NCBI GenBank assembly: GCA_963724145.1 | Contig: CAVRTO010000011.1 | Location: 6,970-70,969, forward strand | DNA: 64,000 bases | Source: an uncultured Solirubrobacteraceae bacterium | GTDB taxonomy: Bacteria; Actinomycetota; Thermoleophilia; Solirubrobacterales; Solirubrobacteraceae | Reading direction: 5' to 3' | Part shown: in pieces, positions 36,204 to 46,605 of the stretch | How positions within the stretch are numbered: position 1 is the stretch's first letter | Layout: every line of letters starts with the position of its first letter | Notes under the pieces: generated by a model | Database searches by the model: none | What the model was told of the DNA's origin: nothing | What the model saw: only the letters and a program-made list of their open reading frames with translations | Position numbers and translations under genes: made by a program

Positions 36204-37217
36204 ATGGTCGGGCTGATCGAGCGCTATCGCGACCGGCTGCCGTTCGAACCCACCGACCCCGTCGTCTCGCTCCAGGAGGGCTCGACGCCGCTCGTGCTCG
36301 CCGAGCGGGTCTCCGAGCGGGTCGGGGCCGAGGTCTGGCTCAAGCTCGAGGGCGCCAACCCGACCGGCTCGTTCAAGGACCGCGGGATGACGTGCGCGGT
36401 CTCCGCCGCCGTGCGGGAGGGCGCCCAGGCGGTGATCTGCGCCTCGACCGGCAACACCGCGGCGAGCGCCGCCGCCTACGCCGCGCGGGCCGGGCTGACC
36501 GGCGCGGTGATCGTGCCCGAGGGCAAGATCGCCACCGGCAAGCTCGCCCAGGCGCTGATGCACGGCGCCCGGGTGGTCGCGCTGCGGGGGAACTTCGACG
36601 AGGCGCTGGCGCTGGTGCGCGAGCTGGCCCGGCGCCATCCGATCGCGCTGGTCAACTCGGTCAACCCGTTCCGGCTCGAGGGGCAGAAGACGGCGGCCTT
36701 CGAGCTCGTCGACGACCTCGGGCTCGAGCTCGACGCGCTCTGCATCCCGGTCGGCAACGCCGGCAACATCACCGCCTACTGGAAGGGCTTCGAGGAGGCC
36801 GGCGCGAGCCCGCGGATGCTCGGCTGGCAGGCCGAGGGCGCCGCGCCGCTGGTCCACGGCGCGCCGGTCGAGCACCCCGAGACGGTCGCCAGCGCGATCC
36901 GGATCGGCAACCCGGCGCGCTGGGAGGAGGCGATGGGCGCGATGTCGGCCTCGCACGGCGCGATCCGGGCGGTCAGCGACGCCGAGATCCTCGACGCGTA
37001 CCGCTTCCTGGCCGCGCACGAGGGCGTGTTCTGCGAGCCGGCCTCGGCCGCGGGCGTGGCCGGGCTGCTCAAGCACGGGGCCGAGGGCGCGCGGCGGGTC
37101 GCGTGCGTGCTGACCGGGCACGGGCTGAAGGACCCGCAGACCGCGCTCGGCAACGCCGGCTCGGTCGTGCCGTGCGAGCCGGAGCTCGCCGCCGTCGAGC
37201 ACGCCGTGCTGGGGTGA
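36204..37217 (+). CDS. thrC: Threonine synthase
   Basis: EGSTPLV...[19 protein letters not shown] (PLP lysine motif)...[16 protein letters not shown]...[15 protein letters not shown]. Confidence 0.9.
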   Translation: MVGLIERYRDRLPFEPTDPVVSLQEGSTPLVLAERVSERVGAEVWLKLEGANPTGSFKDRGMTCAVSAAVREGAQAVICASTGNTAASAAAYAARAGLTGAVIVPEGKIATGKLAQALMHGARVVALRGNFDEALALVRELARRHPIALVNSVNPFRLEGQKTAAFELVDDLGLELDALCIPVGNAGNITAYWKGFEEAGASPRMLGWQAEGAAPLVHGAPVEHPETVASAIRIGNPARWEEAMGAMSASHGAIRAVSDAEILDAYRFLAAHEGVFCEPASAAGVAGLLKHGAEGARRVACVLTGHGLKDPQTALGNAGSVVPCEPELAAVEHAVLG

Positions 37218-38092
37218 GCGAAGCGGTGACGAGGCCGCAGGCCGAGGCAAGACGGCTCGTCCGGGTCCCGGCCTCGTCGGCCAACCTCGGGCCCGGCTTC
37301 GACGTGCTGGCCTGCGCGCTCGGGCTCCACGTCGAGCTCGAGGTGGTCGAGACCGGCACGTTCGGCGTCGTGACCGACCTGCCGATCGCCACCGACCGGC
37401 GCAACCTCGCCGTGCGGGCGTTCGAGACGCTCGCCCCGGTCGACGGGATCGAGTTCCGGATCCGCTCGGACGTGCCGCTGTCGGGCGGCCTGGGCACGAG
37501 CGCGGCGGCGATCGTGGCCGGGCTCGTCGCCGCCGACTCGCTCTACGAGCTCGACGCCGACGTGCTCGGCCACGCGATCGCGCTCGAGGGCCATCCGGAC
37601 AACGTCGCCGCCGCGCTGCTCGGCGGGTTCGTGCTGTGCGCGGACGGCCGCGCCGAGCGCTTCGACGTCCCCGCCGGGCTCGAGGCCGTCGTCGTCGTCC
37701 CGGACGAGCCGGTGCGGACCGCCGCCGCGCGGGCCGCGCTCCCGCCCGAGGTGCCGATGGCGGACGCCGTCTTCAACGTCGCCCACGCCGGGCTGCTGCT
37801 GCTCGGGCTCCAGCGCGGCGACTGGGACCTCGTCGCCCGCGGGCTGGCGGACCGGCTCCACCAGCCGCGCCGCGAGCACCTCTACCCGCGCTCGATGGCG
37901 CTCGTCCGCCGCGCGCCGGAGCTGGGCGCGCTCGGCGCGACGATCAGCGGCGCGGGCCCGACCGTGCTCGTCTGGTGCGCGTACGAGGCGACGGGCGCGG
38001 TCGTCGAGCGGCTCACGGACGAGTGCGCGGGCTGGGCCGCGGTCCGCCACGTGGCGTTCGAGCCGCGCGGCGCCGACGTCGTCTCGCTCTGA
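37214..38092 (+). CDS. thrB: Homoserine kinase
   Basis: GTGA overlap with the thrC stop. [21 protein letters not shown]...[17 protein letters not shown] (GHMP motif)...[12 protein letters not shown]...ISGAGPTV. Confidence 0.85.
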   Translation: MSEAVTRPQAEARRLVRVPASSANLGPGFDVLACALGLHVELEVVETGTFGVVTDLPIATDRRNLAVRAFETLAPVDGIEFRIRSDVPLSGGLGTSAAAIVAGLVAADSLYELDADVLGHAIALEGHPDNVAAALLGGFVLCADGRAERFDVPAGLEAVVVVPDEPVRTAAARAALPPEVPMADAVFNVAHAGLLLLGLQRGDWDLVARGLADRLHQPRREHLYPRSMALVRRAPELGALGATISGAGPTVLVWCAYEATGAVVERLTDECAGWAAVRHVAFEPRGADVVSL

Positions 38093-38106
38093 AGCCCGGA
38101 TCCGGG

Positions 38107-38889
38107 CTAGGCCGCGTCGAGCAGCGGCGTCAGCTTGCGCCGCCAGCCGTTCAGGCCCGTGCGCGCGAGCACCTCGCCGGCGAGCTCGAGGTAGTCGCGG
38201 CCGAGATCCGGCCGCGTGTCGAGGATCGAGCGGCCCGAGCCGGCCGACTCCGCGTAGGCGATCGAGGAGCGGATGACCGTCTCGAAGACCTTGTCGCCGA
38301 AGTGCTCCTTGAGCGCGTCGTAGGCCTCGCGCGAGTGCACCGTGCGCATGTCGGCGATGTTCATCAGCACGCCGAGGAACTCGAGGTCCTCGTTGTAGAA
38401 GTCCTTCGCCTGGTCGACCACCTCGAGCGCCCCGCTCACGCCCTGCAGCGCGAAGTACTGCGCCTCGGAGGAGATCATCGCCCAGTCGGCGGCGACGAGC
38501 CCGTTGATCGTCAGCAGGCCGAGCGCCGGCGGGCAGTCGATCAGGATGATGTCGTGCTGCTTGCGCGCGTCCTTGAGCGCCTTGCGCAGGACGAGCTCGC
38601 GGCCGATCTTCCCGCTCAGCCCGCGCTCCACCTCGGCCAGGATCGGCGTCGCGGGGATGATCCCGTCGTGCGTCGCCGCCTTGGCCTTGGCGTCGCCGGA
38701 GAGCAGGTCGGCGACCGTCGGGGTCGCGTCCGCGGGCACGTCGAAGTAGTCCGACAGGTTGCCCTGCGGATCGAGGTCCACGCAGAGGACGTCGAGCCCG
38801 ATCCGGCGGAAGACGTCGGCCAGCGTGCGGACCGCGGTGGTCTTGCCCGTGCCGCCCTTGAGCGACAGGACCGCGATGGTCTCGGCCAT
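38107..38889 (-). CDS. ParA/Soj/MinD-family ATPase (orphan ParA-like)
   Basis: Deviant Walker A LSLKGGTGKTT; VDLDPQGNLS; ILIDCPPALGLLTINGL. Confidence 0.85.
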   Translation of the reverse strand: MAETIAVLSLKGGTGKTTAVRTLADVFRRIGLDVLCVDLDPQGNLSDYFDVPADATPTVADLLSGDAKAKAATHDGIIPATPILAEVERGLSGKIGRELVLRKALKDARKQHDIILIDCPPALGLLTINGLVAADWAMISSEAQYFALQGVSGALEVVDQAKDFYNEDLEFLGVLMNIADMRTVHSREAYDALKEHFGDKVFETVIRSSIAYAESAGSGRSILDTRPDLGRDYLELAGEVLARTGLNGWRRKLTPLLDAA

Positions 38890-38941
38890 GGGGCACGAGA
38901 CTAGCGGGCGCCGGGCGGCGCCCGCAGACCCGCGGGTGTGC

Positions 38942-39427
38942 CTACTCGGCGACGGTGGCCGGAGGCGCCTCGGGCAACGGCGCGCCGGGCACGCCGGTGT
39001 CCATGAAGTGGATCGTGTGGCGCCCGACGACGATCTCGTCGCCGTCGACGAGCGGCGACCACTCGACCCGCCGGCCGTTGACGTAGACGCCGTTGAGCGA
39101 GCGGTCGTCGAGCACGCGTACCCCGTCCGCCTGGGCGACGATCAGGGCATGACGGCGCGACACGGTGGCGTCGTCGAAGCGGACGTCGGCGGCCAGCGAG
39201 CGGCCGATCCGGGTCCATTCGCGCGCGACCGCGATGACCACGCGGCGGCTGCCGTCCTCGTAGGCCAGGTACTTCCCGGGTGCTTCCAGGGCCGAGCGCG
39301 CCTCGTCGATCCAGTCCGCGTGCGCAGGGGCGACCGGCTCCGTGGCGGACGTGAGAGGGACGGCGCCCTCGCCGGCGACCGGCAAGGTTCCCGTCGCCTC
39401 GATATCGGCTGGCGATCGTGGGTCCAT
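38942..39427 (-). CDS. FHA domain protein, immediately upstream of and co-oriented with the ParA-like gene
   Basis: Start placed at MDPRSPADIE... (161 aa). FHA core WTRIGRSLAADVRFDDATVSRRHALIVAQADGVRVLDDRSLNGVYVNGRRV. Confidence 0.8.
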   Translation of the reverse strand: MDPRSPADIEATGTLPVAGEGAVPLTSATEPVAPAHADWIDEARSALEAPGKYLAYEDGSRRVVIAVAREWTRIGRSLAADVRFDDATVSRRHALIVAQADGVRVLDDRSLNGVYVNGRRVEWSPLVDGDEIVVGRHTIHFMDTGVPGAPLPEAPPATVAE

Positions 39428-39572
39428 GTACGTCTCTCCTTTGGCACGGGTGGCGCGTGCCGGTGGTGCGACCCTTCCCTCCATCGGGGATTGTACGGAA
39501 ACGGTCAATGGGGCCGGCACCCGGTCCCGCCGGGGAAGGCATCCTGTGCCCTGCGTCGAAGCAGTGCAAACC

Positions 39573-39866
39573 ATGCCGACGCTCACGCTCCGCCGGTCCC
39601 ACGCCCGCTCGCGGCCCAAGCTGGAGGACGCGCTGCTGCGCCGGAGCCTCGGCGAGCACGAGGCGCATCGCCACCGCTGCGTGCACTGCGACCGGACCCC
39701 GCTCACGGGCGAGGCGGTGCACGTGTACGCGACCGTCTCCGGCGAGCGGCTGGTGTGCGATCTCTGCCGTCCGCTGCGGCGCGAGGCGCCGCTGCGATCC
39801 GAGCTGATGCACGCGCCTGAGCACGAGCGCGCGGTGCGCGTCCAGGCGCGCCGCAGCGCAGCCTGA
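39573..39866 (+). CDS. Small hypothetical Cys-pair (zinc-ribbon-like) protein
   Basis: MPTLTLRRSHARSRPKLEDALLRRSLGEHEAHRHRCVHCDRTPLTGEAVHVYATVSGERLVCDLCRPL... has CxxC...CxxC. Basic and short, so support is weak. Confidence 0.35.
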   Translation: MPTLTLRRSHARSRPKLEDALLRRSLGEHEAHRHRCVHCDRTPLTGEAVHVYATVSGERLVCDLCRPLRREAPLRSELMHAPEHERAVRVQARRSAA

Positions 39867-39898
39867 TCGCGGGACGTTCCACTAGGCTTCCGGGCCCC

Positions 39899-40396
39899 GT
39901 GGACACCGTCACGCTGGACATCACGATCGACCGCCCCCGCGAGGAGGTCTTCGCCTACCTGTCGGACGTGGCGAACCACCCGGAGTTCTCGGATCACTAC
40001 CTCACGGACTGGCACCTCACGCGCGAGGACTCCGAGGGCCGCGGCGCGGGCGCGCGCTACAAGCAGGACGGCCGCTTCGACCGCTTCGGCTACTACGACC
40101 TCAGCCTGGCGGAGCTCGAGGCGCCGTGGCGGATCATCGCCGTCGGCCGCGGCGGCAAGTACAACCGGATCAAGACGTTCCACCAGTGGACGCTCGAGCC
40201 GGACGCCGCCGGGACGCGGCTGGAGTACGTCTACGAGACCGAGCCGCCGCTGCCGACGGACCGGCTCGTGGAGAAGCTGAGCGGCCGCCACCGCTGGTTC
40301 AAGCGCAACGCGGGGAAGGCCCTGCGGCGCATGCGCAGCATCCTCGAGGAGAACCGCGATCGCGGCGCGCGGGCGACCGTCGCCGGATTAGACTGA
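39899..40396 (+). CDS. SRPBCC (START/polyketide cyclase-like) superfamily protein
   Basis: GTG start; VTLDITIDRPREEVFAYLSDVANHPEFSDHYLTDWHL..., a typical SRPBCC N-terminal pattern. Confidence 0.7.
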   Translation: MDTVTLDITIDRPREEVFAYLSDVANHPEFSDHYLTDWHLTREDSEGRGAGARYKQDGRFDRFGYYDLSLAELEAPWRIIAVGRGGKYNRIKTFHQWTLEPDAAGTRLEYVYETEPPLPTDRLVEKLSGRHRWFKRNAGKALRRMRSILEENRDRGARATVAGLD

Positions 40397-40406
40397 CCGC
40401 CGCCGC

Positions 40407-40967
40407 ATGCGCCGTCTCGCCCGCATCACGCTCCTCGCCGTCTGCGCGCTCGCCGCGCTGGTCGCGGCCGGCTGCAACAAGGAGGAGCAGGTCCATCTGG
40501 CCGCGACCGAGGGCATCTACGTCACGGTCGACGACCTCAAGTACCAGATCCAGATCTCGCGCATCCTCAACCCGGCGGCGCCCGACGACGAGGCGTATCT
40601 GAACGGGCTCCCCACGAGCGAGACGCTCCAGCCCGACGAGGTCTGGTACGGGATCTTCATGCGGGTCGAGAACGACACCGACGAGCCGCACGAGATGGCG
40701 TCGCAGATGACCATCACCGACACGCAGGGCAACACGTTCGAGCCGATCCAGCTCGACCCGGCGATCAGCGAGTTCGGCTACCAGCCGACCGAGCTCGGGC
40801 CCAACTCGCTCTACCCGCCGCTCGACACGCCCGCGTCCGACAACACGATCCGCGGCGGCCTGGTGCTCTTCAAGGTGAAGACCGAGTCGCTCTACAACCG
40901 CCCGCTGGTGCTCCACATCGAGAGCCCGAGCGGCGGCCAGGGCGCCGAGATCGACATCGACGTCTGA
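40407..40967 (+). CDS. Lipoprotein (DUF4352-like beta-sandwich)
   Basis: MRRLARITLLAVCALAALVAAGCNKEE lipobox; protein-like body with lower local GC. Confidence 0.7.
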   Translation: MRRLARITLLAVCALAALVAAGCNKEEQVHLAATEGIYVTVDDLKYQIQISRILNPAAPDDEAYLNGLPTSETLQPDEVWYGIFMRVENDTDEPHEMASQMTITDTQGNTFEPIQLDPAISEFGYQPTELGPNSLYPPLDTPASDNTIRGGLVLFKVKTESLYNRPLVLHIESPSGGQGAEIDIDV

Positions 40968-40971
40968 CGAC

Positions 40972-42630
40972 CTAGAGCGCTGCTTCGAGCACGGCGCGCG
41001 CGACCGGCGCGGCCGTGTCGCCGCCGGCGCCCGCGCCGACGAGCATGACCGCGACCGCGACCTTCGGCTTGCGCATCGGCGCGTAGGCCGCGAACCAGGC
41101 GTTCGTGTCGGCCGCGGGGTCCGCCGGCGCCGGGCTGGCGGGGTCCGGATCGGTGTTCGTCGTGTCGCGCAGCTCCGCGGTGCCGGTCTTGCCGGCCACG
41201 CGGACGCCGGGGATGTCCGCCGCGACGCCGGTGCCCGAGGTCACGACGGCGCGCATGTACTTCCCGACCGTCCGCGCCACGCCCTCGGGCGCCATCCGCG
41301 TCCGCTTCGCCGCGGCGCCCTTGCGCAGCGTCGGCACCACGCCCATCCCCTTCTCGGCGATCGCGCCCGCCACCCCGGCGAACAGGAGCGGCGTGGCGAG
41401 GACCTTGCCCTGGCCGATCGCCGTCGAGCCGAGCGCGAGGTCGTCGCCGATCTGGGACGCGGCGGGGATCGTCGAGCGGGCCGCGCCCGCCAGCGCGGGC
41501 TCCTGGTTGAAGCCGTACTGCTCGGCGGTCTTGACCAGCCTCTGGGCCCCGATCTCCGCGCCCATCGGCGCGAAGACCGAGTTGCAGGAGTGCGCGAAGG
41601 CGGTCTTGAGCGAGCCGCCGCAGGACTCGCCGTTGGCGTTCTCGAGCCGCACGCCCTCCAGGGTCGCGGCGGTCTCGACCGGGTACTCGTTCGACGGCTT
41701 CGCGTCGCCCGACTCCAGCCCCGCGGTGAGCGTGACGATCTTGAACACGGACCCCGGCGGCTGCGGCGCCGAGTACGCGATCCCGGCGAGCGCGAGCACC
41801 TCGCCGTCGTTCGGCCGGATCACCGCGACGCCGCCGAGCCGACCCGCGAGCGCGGTGACGGCGGCGCGCTGGACGTCGGGGTCGATCGTCGTCCGGACGG
41901 CGTGGCCCGCCTCGGGCTGCACGTTCGCGAGCACCCGGTCGCCCGCGAGCAGGCGGCCGCCGGCCGTCCCGGCGAGCTCGGCGTCGAACTGTCGCTCGAG
42001 CCCGGTCAGGCCGACGGGGGCGCCGTCGGGGACGCCGCGGCGCTCGAGCTCGGCGGCGCGCTCGGGCGGCGCGGGGCCGACGCGTCCGGCGATCTCCGCC
42101 GCGAGCGGGCCGAGGTCGGAGAGCCGGTCCTCGCCCTCGGCGAGCGGCGTGCCGTCGCGCGCGAGGATCGCGGCGCGCGGCGGCAGCTCGGTCCGGCGGC
42201 TCAGCCGCTCGCCGCGGCGCAGGCCGGGCTGGACGAGGTTGCGCTGCCAGGCGATCGCGGCGCCGTCGTCCTGCTCGACGACCGGCAGGGCGAGCTGCCC
42301 GCGCAGCGTGCCGAAGATCCGCGTCCGCATCGCCACGGGCACGCTCACGCTGCCGTCGACGGGCTCGGCCGCCTTCCCGGCGACCACGCGGTCCAGCGTG
42401 CTCGTCCTGGCGGCGTCGCGGTAGGCGGCGGCGAAGCGCTCCAGCGGGACGCGCTGCTGCGCCTCCGGCGTCAGCAGCGCGTGCATGGCCGCGTAGTCGC
42501 CGCGGCTCCAGGCGTCGGCGAAGCGCTGGGCGACGTCCTGGCGCGGGTCCTTGCTGCCGGCGCCGACCGCGATCCCGACGGCGAACGCGGCCACCGCGGC
42601 GAGCACGAGCGGTGCGAACCGGGACGCCAT
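40972..42630 (-). CDS. Class B penicillin-binding protein (transpeptidase) with NTF2-like (MecA_N-type) N-terminal domain
   Basis: SxxK (GSVFKIVT), SxN (HSCNSVF) and KTG (GKTGTAEL) motifs. TM MASRFAPLVLAAVAAFAVGIAVG. An alternative start 26 codons upstream at 42708 (MATPTRS...) is possible. Confidence 0.85.
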   Translation of the reverse strand: MASRFAPLVLAAVAAFAVGIAVGAGSKDPRQDVAQRFADAWSRGDYAAMHALLTPEAQQRVPLERFAAAYRDAARTSTLDRVVAGKAAEPVDGSVSVPVAMRTRIFGTLRGQLALPVVEQDDGAAIAWQRNLVQPGLRRGERLSRRTELPPRAAILARDGTPLAEGEDRLSDLGPLAAEIAGRVGPAPPERAAELERRGVPDGAPVGLTGLERQFDAELAGTAGGRLLAGDRVLANVQPEAGHAVRTTIDPDVQRAAVTALAGRLGGVAVIRPNDGEVLALAGIAYSAPQPPGSVFKIVTLTAGLESGDAKPSNEYPVETAATLEGVRLENANGESCGGSLKTAFAHSCNSVFAPMGAEIGAQRLVKTAEQYGFNQEPALAGAARSTIPAASQIGDDLALGSTAIGQGKVLATPLLFAGVAGAIAEKGMGVVPTLRKGAAAKRTRMAPEGVARTVGKYMRAVVTSGTGVAADIPGVRVAGKTGTAELRDTTNTDPDPASPAPADPAADTNAWFAAYAPMRKPKVAVAVMLVGAGAGGDTAAPVARAVLEAAL

Positions 42631-42807
42631 GCGACGACGCCGGCCGGGACGGCGGCGGGGCGGGGGAGGGGCGGGGGACCGGGGAGCCGAGCGTGTGGGC
42701 GTGGCCATGCTCGCCGCACATTGTGACGCGCGCGTCGTACGTACCGGCAAAGTTCTGACAACCGGGTCCGAACCGGGCGCGATCGGCACCTCGATACGCT
42801 CGGTCGG

Positions 42808-43953
42808 TTGACGGGCGTCGACTGGATCATCGTCGGGCTGGTTCTGCTGCTGGCGCTCTTCGGGTGGGCCCAGGGCTTCGTGTCCGGCGTGCTCGCGTTC
42901 GCCGGGCTCGCGCTCGGCGCGTGGATCGGGACGCGGGTCGGGCCGCTCGTCCTGTCCGAGGGCGAGCACTCGCCGTGGGCGCCCGCGTTCGGCCTGATCG
43001 GCGCGCTGCTCGTCGGCGCGATGCTGGCCGCGCTGTTCGAGGCGTTCGGGACGCCGGTCCGGCGCGGGTTGCGGCGGATCCCCGGCTTCGGCGCCGCGGA
43101 CGGGGTCCTCGGCGCCGTCCTGGTCGCGTGCGCGGGACTCGGCGTCGTCTGGATCCTCGGCGCGCTCGCGATCCAGAACGGCAGCTACCGGATCCGGATG
43201 GAGGTCCAGCGCTCCGCGATCCTCCAGCGGCTCAACACCGTCCTGCCGCCGTCCGGCCCGCTGCTGAACTCGCTGCGCCGGCTCGATCCGTTCCCGCGGA
43301 TCGAGGGACCCGAGGCCGGCGTCGCGCCGCCGCGAGCGGGCATCGCGCGCGATCCCGACGTCCAGGAGGCGGCCGCGGGCGTGGTGAAGGTGCTCGGCAG
43401 CGCCTGCGGGCTCGGCGTGGCCGGCTCCGGCTGGGTCGCCGCACCGGGCCTGGTGGTCACGAACGCGCACGTCGTGGCCGGTGAGCGCGACACCACGGTC
43501 CTGCTCGGCGGCCGCGAGCCGGGGCGGGCCGCGCAGGCGGTGTTCTTCGACCCGCGCAACGACATCGCGATCCTGCGCGTCCCGGGGCTCGAGGCCGACC
43601 CGCTCCCGATCGCCGGCAACACGGAGTCCGGCACCTCGGCCGCGATCCTCGGCTTCCCGCTCAACGGGCCGTTCGACGTCCGGCCCGGGCGCGTGGGGAC
43701 GACGCGCCGGGTGACCTCCTCCGACGCGTACGGCCGCGGTCCGGTCGACCGCTCGATGACCGCGCTGCGCGGGCTCGTCCGGCCCGGGAACTCGGGCGGG
43801 CCGATGGTCGACGGGGAGGGCCGGGTGGTCACGACGGTGTTCGCGGCGACCACCCGCGGGCCGCGCGGCGGGTACGGCGTTCCCAACGCGATCGTCAAGC
43901 GCGCGCTGCAGGACACGGGGAGCCCGGTCTCGACGGGGCCGTGCGCGGGGTAG
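42808..43953 (+). CDS. MarP-like membrane serine protease (CvpA membrane domain plus trypsin-like domain)
   Basis: TTG start; four TM helices (IIVGLVLLLALFGWAQGFVSGVLAF...). Protease triad contexts VVTNAHVVAG, RNDIAILRV, RPGNSGGPMVD. Confidence 0.85.
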   Translation: MTGVDWIIVGLVLLLALFGWAQGFVSGVLAFAGLALGAWIGTRVGPLVLSEGEHSPWAPAFGLIGALLVGAMLAALFEAFGTPVRRGLRRIPGFGAADGVLGAVLVACAGLGVVWILGALAIQNGSYRIRMEVQRSAILQRLNTVLPPSGPLLNSLRRLDPFPRIEGPEAGVAPPRAGIARDPDVQEAAAGVVKVLGSACGLGVAGSGWVAAPGLVVTNAHVVAGERDTTVLLGGREPGRAAQAVFFDPRNDIAILRVPGLEADPLPIAGNTESGTSAAILGFPLNGPFDVRPGRVGTTRRVTSSDAYGRGPVDRSMTALRGLVRPGNSGGPMVDGEGRVVTTVFAATTRGPRGGYGVPNAIVKRALQDTGSPVSTGPCAG

Positions 43954-43969
43954 CTAACCTGCGGCGGCT

Positions 43970-46221
43970 ATGGGCAAGACCCTCGTCATCGCAGAGAAGC
44001 CGTCCGTCGGCCGCGACCTGTCGCGCGTGCTCCCGGGCACGTTCCAGAAGCACGAGGGGTACCTGGAGTCCGACGACCACATCATGACGTGGGCCGTCGG
44101 GCACCTCGTCCAGCTGGCCGAGCCCGACGAGTACGACCCCAAGTACAAGAAGTGGCGGATGGCGGACCTGCCGATCGTGCCGGACGAGTTCCGGCTGGTC
44201 GTGCGCGACGAGCGCTCGAAGAAGCAGATGAGCGTCATCACCAAGCTGCTCAGGCGCGCCGACGTCGACCGCGTGGTGAACGCCTGCGACGCGGGGCGCG
44301 AGGGCGAGCTGATCTTCGCCTGGACGTTCGAGAAGGCCGGCGCGGACAAGCCGGTCGACCGGCTGTGGCTGTCCTCGATGACCACGGCGGCGATCCGCTC
44401 GGCGCTCGGCGACCTGCACCCCGCGTCCGACTACGCGCGGCTGGAGGAGGCGGCGCGGTCGCGCTCCGAGGCCGACTGGATCGTGGGCATGAACGCGACG
44501 CGGGCGGCGACGATCCGGCTGCGCTCGTCGTTCGACGGCGCGGTCTCGCTGGGCCGGGTCCAGACCCCGACGCTGGCGCTGATCGCGCGCCGCGAGGAGG
44601 AGATCCGCGCGTTCAAGCCGGAGGCCTACTGGCTCGTCGACGCGCGCTTCGAGCCCACCGACGGCGAGCCCGGCCGCGCGTACGCCGGCCGCTTCCACGC
44701 CGGCGCGCAGCCGCGCCTGAAGACCGCGGCCGAGGCGGAGGCGATCGTCAGCCGCCGTCCGCGGCCAGGCGGGCACGATCACGAAGCTCGAGAAGACGAC
44801 GAAGAAGGAGCGCGCGCCGCTCCTCTACGACCTGACCACGCTCCAGCGCGAGGCGAACAACCGCTTCGGCTTCTCCGCCCGGCGCACGCTCGCCGCCGCC
44901 CAGCGGCTCTACGAGGAGCACAAGGCGCTCACGTACCCGCGGACGAACTCGCGCTTCCTGACCGGCGACATGGCCGGCGAGATCAAGCCGACCGCGGAGC
45001 TCGTCGGGCACAACAAGGAGTACGCGCGCGGCGCCGCCTACGTCACCGGGCTCGACACGCTCCCGCTCGGGCCGCGTGATCAACGACGCGAAGGTCACCG
45101 ACCACCACGCGATCATCCCGACGAAGGCCGAGCACCGCGATCGACAAGATGTCCGACGACGACCGGCGCATCTACGACATGGTCGCGCGCCGCTTCCTCG
45201 CCGATCTTCCACCCCGAGGCCGTGTTCGAGAACACGCGGCTCGAGACGACCGTGGCCGAGCACGTGTTCCGCACCCGCGGGCGCGTCCTGGTCGTGCCGG
45301 GCTGGCGCGGGGTGTACGGCGAGGGCTTCGAGGACCGCTCGCGCTCCGACGAGGACGAGGGCGACGACCAGACGCTGCCGAAGGTCGAGCAGGGCGAGGC
45401 GACGCGGACGCTCGAGGTCGGCTCCGAGGAGAAGGAGACCAAGCCGCCGCGGCGCTACTCCGACGCGTCGCTGCTGGCGGCGATGGAGACCGCGGGCAAG
45501 CTCGTGGACGACGACGAGCTGCGCGAGGCGATGAAGGACTCGGGGATCGGCACGCCGGCCACGCGGGCCGCCATCATCGAGCGGCTGATCGACGTCGCCT
45601 ACGTCGAGCGCGACGGGCGCGCGCTCGTCTGCACCGAGAAGGGCCTGAACGTGGTCCGGCTGCTCGACGGGCACCCGCTGACCTCGCCCGGGCTGACCGG
45701 CGAGTGGGAGCACCGGCTCGGGCGGATGGAGACCGGCGCGGAGACGCGCGAGAAGTTCATGCACGACATCGCGGACTTCGCGCGCGGGACCGTCGGCGAG
45801 CTCGACGCGAAGCTCAAGGAGGTCCGGATCCCGCGGGCCAACCTCGGGCCGTGCCCCGTCTGCGGCCAGGACATCGTCGAGAACCGCAAGGGCTTCTCGT
45901 GCTGGTCGCGCGAGGATCCGGGCTGCGGGTTCGTGATCTGGAAGAGCAAGGCCGGCAAGACGCTGCCGCATGGCGGTCGCGAAGGAGCTGATCGCCACGG
46001 GGCGGACCGCGCGCCCGGTCACCGGCTTCAAGGGCCGCTCGGGGAAGTCGTTCCGGGCGCGGCTCGCGCTGCAGCAGGCCGAGGACGGCAAGTGGCGCGT
46101 CGAGTTCGACGAGCCGTGGGCGCGCTCCGGCGCGCGGCCGCCGGAGTCGGACGACCCGGCGGCGGGCGGCGGCGGCGACGCCGAGACGCCCGCGACGGCG
46201 GCGGCGGTCGAAGCGGCCTAG
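43970..46221 (+). CDS. topB: DNA topoisomerase III-like type IA topoisomerase; five apparent single-base frame disruptions (about 44752, 45072, 45138, 45198, 45968)
   Basis: TOPRIM LVIAEKPSVGRDL...VNACDAGREGELIF; active-site ALTYPRTNSRFL; VINDAKVTDHHAIIPT; zinc ribbon CPVCGQDIVENRKGFSCW; C-terminal repeat GRTARPVTGFKGRSGKSFRARLAL. The pieces lie in successive frames (track ORFs 43970, 44970, 45076, 45149, 45970). Confidence 0.8.
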
Positions 46222-46502
46222 GCGGCGCGCTCGCGCGGGTGCGCCGGGCGGACCGGCGTGGCGGCGTCGCGCGGCGGGCGGTTGCGCAGCGCGGCCCACA
46301 GCTCGCGCAGCGCGCGCATCAGCAACGTGCCGGCGCGGACCTGGGGCTCGCGCAGGACGGCGGGGATCGCCGGCGTGGCCGGGCCCTGGGACGCCGTCCA
46401 CGTGACGTAGAGCTCGGCGCTGTCGACCAGCTCCGCGATCAGGCCGGCCAGGATCAGGTCGGCTTCGTCGTGCTGCGCGGGCAGGTACAGCTGGGCGGCC
46501 AT
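46218..46502 (-). CDS. Hypothetical small protein (94 aa)
   Basis: ATG preceded by GGAGGAG at proper spacing. MAAQLYLPAQHDEADLILAGLIAELVDSAELYVTWTASQG...; no family recognised. Confidence 0.45.
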   Translation of the reverse strand: MAAQLYLPAQHDEADLILAGLIAELVDSAELYVTWTASQGPATPAIPAVLREPQVRAGTLLMRALRELWAALRNRPPRDAATPVRPAHPRERAA

Positions 46503-46605
46503 CGTGGCTCCTCCGTGGACAGGGCTCCAGCACGGATAACGGCACATCCCGTGCGTCGCTTGAGTGCCGATTGTCACGAATCTGCGCAAAGAGCGGAAGT
46601 TTTCT

